Notes under the pieces: generated by a model
Told to the model about the DNA's origin: nothing
What the model saw: the letters and a program-made list of their open reading frames with translations, nothing else
Database searches by the model: none
Translations under genes and position numbers: made by a program
Source of the DNA: Candidatus Acetothermia bacterium
GTDB taxonomy: Bacteria > Bipolaricaulota > Bipolaricaulia > RBG-16-55-9
Length of the DNA stretch: 64,000 nt
Reading direction: 5' to 3'
Assembly (NCBI GenBank): GCA_016201405.1
Contig: JACQCZ010000001.1
Span: 8,432-72,431, forward strand
In this document: piece after piece, positions 58,108 to 64,000 of the stretch
How positions within the stretch are numbered: position 1 is the first letter of the stretch
Layout: each line of letters opens with the position of its first letter

Positions 58108-59163
58108 TTAGAAGTAGCCCTGTGAATGGAGTAATTCAGCGTTTAGAAGCGCTGCGCCTGCCGCGCCTCGAATTGTATTGTGTCCCAGAATCACAAACTT
58201 GGCATCAAAGAGATTGCACCCCCGCACCCGCCCCACAATCGTTGCCATGCCATTCTGCAAGTCTATGTCTAGCCTCGGCTGTGGCCGATCCTCTTCATCT
58301 TTTAGGATAACTGGATGCTCGGGTGCGCTTGGCAACTTCAACTTCTGTGGCAGCGATGTGTAATTGCGAATAGCCTCGCAGATATTAGAAATGCTCGCCT
58401 TCTTCTTGAAGTTGATAAAAACAGTCTCTGTATGGCCTTCCACCACCGGAACACGATTGACCTGTGCGCTAATGATCATGGAATGCGGCTCGATGGAGCC
58501 TCTGAGATATCGCCCAAAGATCTTCTTCGTCTCCGTCTCGATCTTCTCCTCTTCACTGCCGCTGCCAATGTTTGGAATGATATTTCCCAAAATATCGAGC
58601 GAAGCAACACCGGGGTAGCCCGCTCCGGAGATGGCCTGCATCGTCGAGACGGCCACGCTCTTAATACCAAATGCTTTGTTTAGCGGAGCCAAAGCCAGCG
58701 AAAGAGTGATCGCTGAACAATTGGGGTTAGTCACAATATAACCGCGAAACTTGCGCTTCTCTTGCTGGATTTTGATCAGATCCAAATGCTCGGGATTGAT
58801 CTCGGGGATGAGCAGTGGAATATCAGCCCCCATGCGGTGGGCGCTGGCATTGCTGATCACGGCATACCCAGATCTCGCGAAATCTTCTTCAATCTGGCCT
58901 GCGAACTCTCCGCCAAGTCCAGAAAAGGCAATGGTCGCTTTAGGACCAGGTGCTGATTCAAGAACTTTCAGCTTCATCACTCGCTCCGGCATACTTGTAG
59001 GCAGCTTCCAGCGGCAGACCTCTCCATAGGGCTGACCGACAGAGCGGTCTGAGCCTGTCAAGAAGGCCACTTCAAACCAGGGATGAGCTTCCAGCAATTG
59101 AATAAAGCGCTGCCCTACCGTGCCTGTTGCGCCCAAAATGCCCACTTTGATCTTTGCTCTCAT
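58108..59163 (-). CDS. asd: Aspartate-semialdehyde dehydrogenase (archaeal/long type).
   Basis: KVGILGATGTVGQRFIQLLEAHPWFEV. Active-site Cys region NPNCSAITLSLAL. 351 aa. Confidence 0.88.
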   Translation of the reverse strand: MRAKIKVGILGATGTVGQRFIQLLEAHPWFEVAFLTGSDRSVGQPYGEVCRWKLPTSMPERVMKLKVLESAPGPKATIAFSGLGGEFAGQIEEDFARSGYAVISNASAHRMGADIPLLIPEINPEHLDLIKIQQEKRKFRGYIVTNPNCSAITLSLALAPLNKAFGIKSVAVSTMQAISGAGYPGVASLDILGNIIPNIGSGSEEEKIETETKKIFGRYLRGSIEPHSMIISAQVNRVPVVEGHTETVFINFKKKASISNICEAIRNYTSLPQKLKLPSAPEHPVILKDEEDRPQPRLDIDLQNGMATIVGRVRGCNLFDAKFVILGHNTIRGAAGAALLNAELLHSQGYF

Positions 59164-59240
59164 CCTTGCCTTTCCGAAGTTTTGCGAGTAAAAGATATTT
59201 TAGCTCAAGTCCCGTTTCAAGCACAGTCTTTGGAGGCACA

Positions 59241-60296
59241 ATGCAGAATGTTGGCGTGATTCAGCGATATAGAGAGTATCTGCCTGCACTTCGTGATGAA
59301 TCCATCATTACACTCCATGAGGGGAGCACACCTCTGATTCGCGCAAAGCGCCTTGAGAAATATCTCAACGCCAACGCCGCAATTTATCTCAAATATGAAG
59401 GTCTGAATCCGACGGGCTCATTTAAAGATCGCGGCATGACGATGGCCATCTCCAAAGCCGTGGATGAGGGCGCGAAGGCTGTCATCTGCGCTTCAACCGG
59501 GAACACTGCCGCCTCCGCAACTGCCTATGCCGCACGTGCAGGGCTGCGATGTTACGTGCTCGTCCCCAAGGGCAACATAGCCATGGGCAAGCTCGCCCAG
59601 TCGATGATGCATGGTGCACAAGTCTTGCAGATTGACGGGCTCTTTGATGAGGCTCTGGAGATTGTTCGAAAGATCACAGAAGAGCAGAAGATCACGCTGG
59701 TCAACTCAGTAAACCCTTATCGTATCGAAGGGCAGAAGAGCGCGGCCTTTGAGATCTGCGATGAGTTAAAATATGCTCCTGATTTTCATGCCCTGCCGGT
59801 TGGCAACGCCGGGAATATCAGCGCCTACTGGAAGGGCTATCGCGAGTATTTTTCCACGGACAAGATCAAAGCCCTTCCCAAGATGATTGGATTCCAAGCA
59901 GAAGGATCGGCTCCCATTGTCAAGAATCGCCAGATTGACAATCCAAAGACAATCGCGACCGCAATCAAGATTGGGAATCCGGCAAGCTGGAGGATGGCTG
60001 TGGCCGCGCGCGATGAATCGGGCGGCCTCATTGAAGCGGTCACCGATGATGAGATTCTTCATGCCTACCAGCTTTTGGCCTCACTTGAAGGAGTCTTTTG
60101 TGAGCCAGCTTCTGCAGCTTCGGTAGCCGGTGTGCTCAAGCTCAACAAGCGAAAGTTCTTTTCAAATAGCTCGACAATCGTCTGCACGTTGACGGGGCAT
60201 GGTCTGAAGGATCCCGAGCGGGCAATTGAATCTTCCGACAAGCCGATCTCTGTCCCAGCCGACTTGACCAAGATTCTTGACGCGATGGGGCTATGA
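59241..60296 (+). CDS. thrC: Threonine synthase. Start at MQNVGV (GGAGG SD at 59232), not at the longest-ORF start 59154.
   Basis: PLP-lysine motif NPTGSFKDRGMTMAISKA. Fold-type II PLP enzyme. 351 aa. Confidence 0.88.
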   Translation: MQNVGVIQRYREYLPALRDESIITLHEGSTPLIRAKRLEKYLNANAAIYLKYEGLNPTGSFKDRGMTMAISKAVDEGAKAVICASTGNTAASATAYAARAGLRCYVLVPKGNIAMGKLAQSMMHGAQVLQIDGLFDEALEIVRKITEEQKITLVNSVNPYRIEGQKSAAFEICDELKYAPDFHALPVGNAGNISAYWKGYREYFSTDKIKALPKMIGFQAEGSAPIVKNRQIDNPKTIATAIKIGNPASWRMAVAARDESGGLIEAVTDDEILHAYQLLASLEGVFCEPASAASVAGVLKLNKRKFFSNSSTIVCTLTGHGLKDPERAIESSDKPISVPADLTKILDAMGL

Positions 60297-61471
60297 AATA
60301 CGTCATCCTCGTCAGCGATGGCATGGCTGATGAGCCCGTCTCAGAGCTAGGCAATCGCACACCACTCGAAGCAGCCAGGACCCCAAACATGGATGCTCTC
60401 ACAAAGCAGGCTGAGGTCTTTGGGCTGGCTCGCACAATCCCAGACGGCTTTGAGCCAGGAAGCGATGTTGGCAACATGAGCATCTTTGGCTATGATCCGA
60501 AAAAATATTACACCGGTCGTGCTCCCATCGAAGCGCTCAGCCTGGGTATTGATTTGATACCAAGCGATGTCGCAGTACGCTGCAATCTCGTCAAGCTTGC
60601 TGTGAAGAATGGCCAGACCATTATGGAAGATTACAGCGCCGGACATATCTCTACAGAAAAAGCTCACGAGCTCATAACTTTACTAAAACCAGCACTCGAA
60701 GATGAGAGTTTTACGCTCTACCCAGGTGTGAGCTATCGTCATATTCTTCTCTGGCGGCAGGGGGAAGATCGCTTTCGTGCCACCCCTCCTCACAACATCC
60801 CTGGACAAGTCATTGACAAGCACCTCCCCAGTGGCCAAGGGAGCGAAGTTCTGTTGGGACTTATCGAAAAATCACAGAAGATCCTGAAGAATGAGCAAGC
60901 CAATTCGATCTGGCTTTGGGGTGCTGGCAAAAAGCCCAGTGTCCCGACATTGCAAAAAAGATTTGGAATTCAAGGGGCTGTTATTTCAGCCGTCGATTTG
61001 ATACGGGGCTTAGGGATATGCGCTGGACTTGAGGTCATTCTCGTCCCAGGCGCTACCGGTTATCTCGATACAAATTACAGAGGCAAAGTGGAGGCAGCAC
61101 TGAGAGCGCTTCAGAAGAATGATTTTGTCTCTTTGCACATTGAAGCACCGGACGAGACAGGTCATGAAGGAAGTGTCTCGAAGAAAGTGCTCGCGATTGA
61201 AGACTTTGACAGCAAAGTGGTTGGGCCGCTTCTTGCCGGGCTGAAAACGCTCCCAGACTTTTCTCTTCTCTTGATGCCGGATCACCCGACGCCAGTGAGT
61301 ATTCGAACCCATACCGCTGATCCCGTGCCATTCTTGATTTACAGAAAGAGTAAGAGTTCAAAAATTACTCATGCGCAACAGCGATTTACAGAGTCGTTTG
61401 CCCTCAAGACGGGAATTCTCCGAGATGAAGCTCATCATCTTATTGAAGAGCTTCTTCAGCTAAACAACTAA
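60293..61471 (+). CDS. Cofactor-independent phosphoglycerate mutase-like protein, archaeal ApgM type (COG3635). It sits in the thrC operon and may be a homoserine kinase analogue.
   Basis: MKYVILVSDGMADEPVSELGNRTPLEAARTPNMDAL matches the ApgM N-terminus. Overlaps the thrC stop (ATGA). Confidence 0.75.
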   Translation: MKYVILVSDGMADEPVSELGNRTPLEAARTPNMDALTKQAEVFGLARTIPDGFEPGSDVGNMSIFGYDPKKYYTGRAPIEALSLGIDLIPSDVAVRCNLVKLAVKNGQTIMEDYSAGHISTEKAHELITLLKPALEDESFTLYPGVSYRHILLWRQGEDRFRATPPHNIPGQVIDKHLPSGQGSEVLLGLIEKSQKILKNEQANSIWLWGAGKKPSVPTLQKRFGIQGAVISAVDLIRGLGICAGLEVILVPGATGYLDTNYRGKVEAALRALQKNDFVSLHIEAPDETGHEGSVSKKVLAIEDFDSKVVGPLLAGLKTLPDFSLLLMPDHPTPVSIRTHTADPVPFLIYRKSKSSKITHAQQRFTESFALKTGILRDEAHHLIEELLQLNN

Positions 61472-61478
61472 GCAAAAA

Positions 61479-61514
61479 GTTGGAGGACGTGGCGAGCCAC
61501 GCCCTCCAACTCAC
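61479..61514. terminator. Bidirectional terminator hairpin between convergent genes.
   Basis: AGTTGGAGGACGTGGC-GA-GCCACGCCCTCCAACT: a 16-bp stem with one mismatch. Lies between the stops at 61471 (+) and 61539 (-). Confidence 0.6.
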
Positions 61515-61538
61515 GTCTTGCAGAGTGTTTCAGCGTTC

Positions 61539-63176
61539 CTACCGCAGGATCAAAGCCATTTTTACAAGCTGATGACTGACTTGGCCATCGGCACTCTTCA
61601 AAGTCACAACATAGAAGTAGATGCCATTGGCAAGTGGCGCACCAGCAGACGTGCGAAGGTTCCAGCGAAGAGCGCTTCCTGTCGAGAATCCGCTCTCATA
61701 GATCTTCTGACCCAGCACGTTGAAGACCTCCACGTTCATCGCGGCCACTACGCCCTGGGCTACGAAGAAGAGGCTCTTACCAACGTTTAGGGTCTTTACA
61801 GTCATGGGTTCGTGTGGGATGACTGGGAACCTTCTCGGAGCCACCACAGTCACTTTATCTTGCTCCGTCATGATGTCGTTCTTGATGGTCTTGGCCTTCA
61901 AGACTCCCTTTGTGTCGCCTAGCACAAAACCGAGTCTGGAGGTGTCAAAGTCACAGGTGATGTCCAGCCAGCGGTCGAAGTTGGTGTTGACCGCTCCGCA
62001 GCTAATCGGCTTTTGCTCGACTCCAGTCTTCCCGAATGTGATCGTGCTGGTGTCTACGCAGTTGGGCGCGGGGAACTCTTCTGTCCCCAGAATCGCCACA
62101 GTTGTGGTCCCCTTGACATCGTCCAAGCGGATGAGGTTGTCTCGGTTGCCTGGAACGATATCAATTGAGGCCTGCGCAAACTTAGAGCAGTCACTCGCCG
62201 CTGGCAAAATTGTTACGAGTGTGCCCGTGGGAGTGCCGCTTGTGGATACCGTCACGGTCACGGTCGCCGTATCACAGAGCTTTGTAGGCGTCGTCTTGTC
62301 GCAGACCTGGTAGACCAGGGTGTCTGTCCCCGTGAATGTAGAATTTGGGGTGTAGGTGATCACACCGGTTGTCGCGTTGACAGCCACGGTTCCATTGGAT
62401 GGGTTCGTCGTGACGGTGACGCTTGTTTTGTCCAAGTTGTTGTTGGGGTCTGTGTCGTTTGAGAGCACATCGATAGCCACGGCCTTCCCCGTTGTCGTAG
62501 AAGCTGTATCGTTGTTGGCCACAGGGGTGTTGGTACTTCCACCTGTGGAGCTTCCAGTGATGGACGTGATGACACGAATTTGGTCCGTCTGGACGTTATT
62601 GTTCAGGTCTACAGTGAGCGTGCGGCGATTGCTGGAGATCGTGAAGGTGTCCTGAGAGTCCGCGGCTGTCGGACCCATCTCGAGTCCATTGTCAATGCCA
62701 TACGTCGTTCCGGGGAACTTGAGCTCCGCATTGCTAGCGTTAAGCTCAGCGGTGAGCACAATAACACCCAGGATTTCATTTGCGAAGGTAATGCCACCCT
62801 TCACGTTGGCTGTCTGCGCAGGCTGTTGTATGCGGTCAAAGTGAATAAAGTAGCTATTGACCACTGTGCCCTTGGCAATTGTGCCACCTGTCAATGAGCC
62901 TGTTGTATCAAAAGTGCCCGTCCCGGTCGTGTTGACATCCAATGTCTCAGTCAGGGCGAAGCCCTGTCGCTCTAGAAATACAAAGGCTTGCGTGTCACTC
63001 TCCAATACATTTGTGTCAATACTGACCGGCTCGTGAATCAGCACAAAGCCTCCGCTCACGCTGGTCACACCAGGGAGCGTTGTCAAAACGACCACTTGAG
63101 CTGCTAACGGCAGAACGACCAATGTCAGCAGCATTAAGGGTATAGTAAATACTCCGAGTCTTTTTTTACTGTTCAT
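61539..63176 (-). CDS. Secreted protein with a cadherin-like/Ig-like domain and a C-terminal type IX secretion (Por) sorting domain.
   Basis: Signal peptide. Cadherin-like block VANNDTASTTTGKAVAIDVLSNDTDPNNNLDKTSV...GVITYTPNSTFTGTDTLVYQVCD. C-terminus VEVFNVLGQKIYESGFSTGSALRWNLRTSAGAPLANGIYFYVVTLKSADGQVSHQLVKMALIL fits the Por_Secre_tail pattern. Confidence 0.65.
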   Translation of the reverse strand: MNSKKRLGVFTIPLMLLTLVVLPLAAQVVVLTTLPGVTSVSGGFVLIHEPVSIDTNVLESDTQAFVFLERQGFALTETLDVNTTGTGTFDTTGSLTGGTIAKGTVVNSYFIHFDRIQQPAQTANVKGGITFANEILGVIVLTAELNASNAELKFPGTTYGIDNGLEMGPTAADSQDTFTISSNRRTLTVDLNNNVQTDQIRVITSITGSSTGGSTNTPVANNDTASTTTGKAVAIDVLSNDTDPNNNLDKTSVTVTTNPSNGTVAVNATTGVITYTPNSTFTGTDTLVYQVCDKTTPTKLCDTATVTVTVSTSGTPTGTLVTILPAASDCSKFAQASIDIVPGNRDNLIRLDDVKGTTTVAILGTEEFPAPNCVDTSTITFGKTGVEQKPISCGAVNTNFDRWLDITCDFDTSRLGFVLGDTKGVLKAKTIKNDIMTEQDKVTVVAPRRFPVIPHEPMTVKTLNVGKSLFFVAQGVVAAMNVEVFNVLGQKIYESGFSTGSALRWNLRTSAGAPLANGIYFYVVTLKSADGQVSHQLVKMALILR

Positions 63177-63476
63177 GGATACTCTCCTTTTCTTGCCTTT
63201 TCTTTATTAATCCCCTTAAAGGAGTTACCGGTTCCTGCGGGTCTCCAGATAATTCTTCACACAGAAGGTAGGTTCGCTGACAACACCTCCCTTTCTTATA
63301 TCGATTCTTTAGTACCTAGCTAACCTCATTCCCGTTCACGATTGTAGCAAAATCCTCTGTTTAAGACTATATTCGGCATCACCTTCATCCGTGCCATAGG
63401 CACATAGCGTTTAGGATGAATATAAGCGAAAAATCTTGCGTTGTGAAGACTTGGATACTACACTCTACTCGCCCCC

Positions 63477-64000
63477 ATGAACGCGCGAAAACGATGGACT
63501 ACGGCTGGCCTAGTCTCGATTTCAGGTTTGATGCTGGCTCATTTTACGAATGACTTCTATTCCAATTTTGTCCCGGTCTTCATTCCCAAGCTTCAAGAGA
63601 AGTTTGCGCTCAGCCATGCGCTGATCGGACTGCTGGCTGCGACTTATTCTGCCACTGGCTCCTTCTTTCAGCTCTTTTTTGGCTATATCTCTGACCGGGT
63701 TTCACACTGGCGCTTTGTCTTATTTGGCCCCCTCATCACCGGCTTCTTTATCAGCTTTGTCGGAGTGGCCCCAAGCTATGAGGCTGTTCTTGGAGTTCTT
63801 GTTCTGGCGTCACTTGGCACAGCGATGTTCCACCCGCAAGGCTCAGCCACATCTGGCCGCCTCTTCAAAGGAAATCGCGGCTTTATTGTCTCGCTCTTCA
63901 TTGCATCTGGCTCATTGGGCTTTGCACTCGGCCCCCTGCTAATGGCCATTTTTGTCAATGCACATGGACTTGAGCAGAGTCCGCTCGCGATCCTTCCACT
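63477..64000 (+). CDS. MFS-family transporter. 3' end runs off the window.
   Basis: My translation from ATG 63477 gives MNARKRWTTAGLVSISGLMLAHFTNDFYSNFVP..., hydrophobic helices, and an MFS loop-2 motif GYISDRVSHWRF. No stop codon occurs before the window end. Confidence 0.7.
   Translation, partial: MNARKRWTTAGLVSISGLMLAHFTNDFYSNFVPVFIPKLQEKFALSHALIGLLAATYSATGSFFQLFFGYISDRVSHWRFVLFGPLITGFFISFVGVAPSYEAVLGVLVLASLGTAMFHPQGSATSGRLFKGNRGFIVSLFIASGSLGFALGPLLMAIFVNAHGLEQSPLAILP

Overview
This 64-kb window is a chromosomal segment of a diderm bacterium, shown by an Omp85/BamA gene with two OmpH/Skp-family genes. I estimate GC at about 52%. Coding density is very high, and many neighbouring genes overlap by 4 nt (ATGA/TTGA).

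Most of the window is housekeeping:
- hemA (partial), translationally coupled to a TetR regulator gene upstream.
- An ECF sigma / zf-HC2 anti-sigma pair, co-directional with two secreted or lipoprotein genes.
- priA, an orphan LolD/MacB-like ABC ATPase, murE, gyrB, coaX, tatA, a sucC-like gene without sucD, and murF.
- tmk translationally coupled to dnaN.
- A 22-kb co-directional block on the minus strand (29201..51591). It runs, in transcription order: a polytopic membrane protein, csaB, rsmH, ftsL, ftsI, yraN, comM, bamA, two skp-like genes, fabZ, ftcD, murD, ftsW, murG, murC, murB, ftsQ, ftsA, ftsZ. That is a rearranged dcw cluster with an outer-membrane-biogenesis block and a formimidoyltransferase inserted. 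mraZ, mraY, ddl, lpxD and lpxA are absent.
- A recA-recX-tag-thioesterase-ribA block.
- A divergent asd-lysC-hom / thrC-apgM-like threonine locus.
- A secreted cadherin-like protein whose C-terminus matches a type IX secretion sorting domain, and the start of an MFS transporter.

The one clear accessory region is 17943..27132. It encodes three paralogous secreted proteins built from tandem CARDB domains (4, 2 plus a beta-propeller, and 7 domains). It also encodes a small Cys-terminated secreted protein and a PKD-domain type-I membrane protein with a PT-rich linker. None of these carries a recognisable cell-wall or OM sorting signal. This island is the best candidate for an undescribed surface system. 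A SpoIVB/S55-type peptidase with a long unknown C-terminal extension lies next to it.

I found no CRISPR array, tRNA or rRNA gene, transposase or integrase. All calls rest on reading the supplied translations and the DNA by eye. No database search was run.
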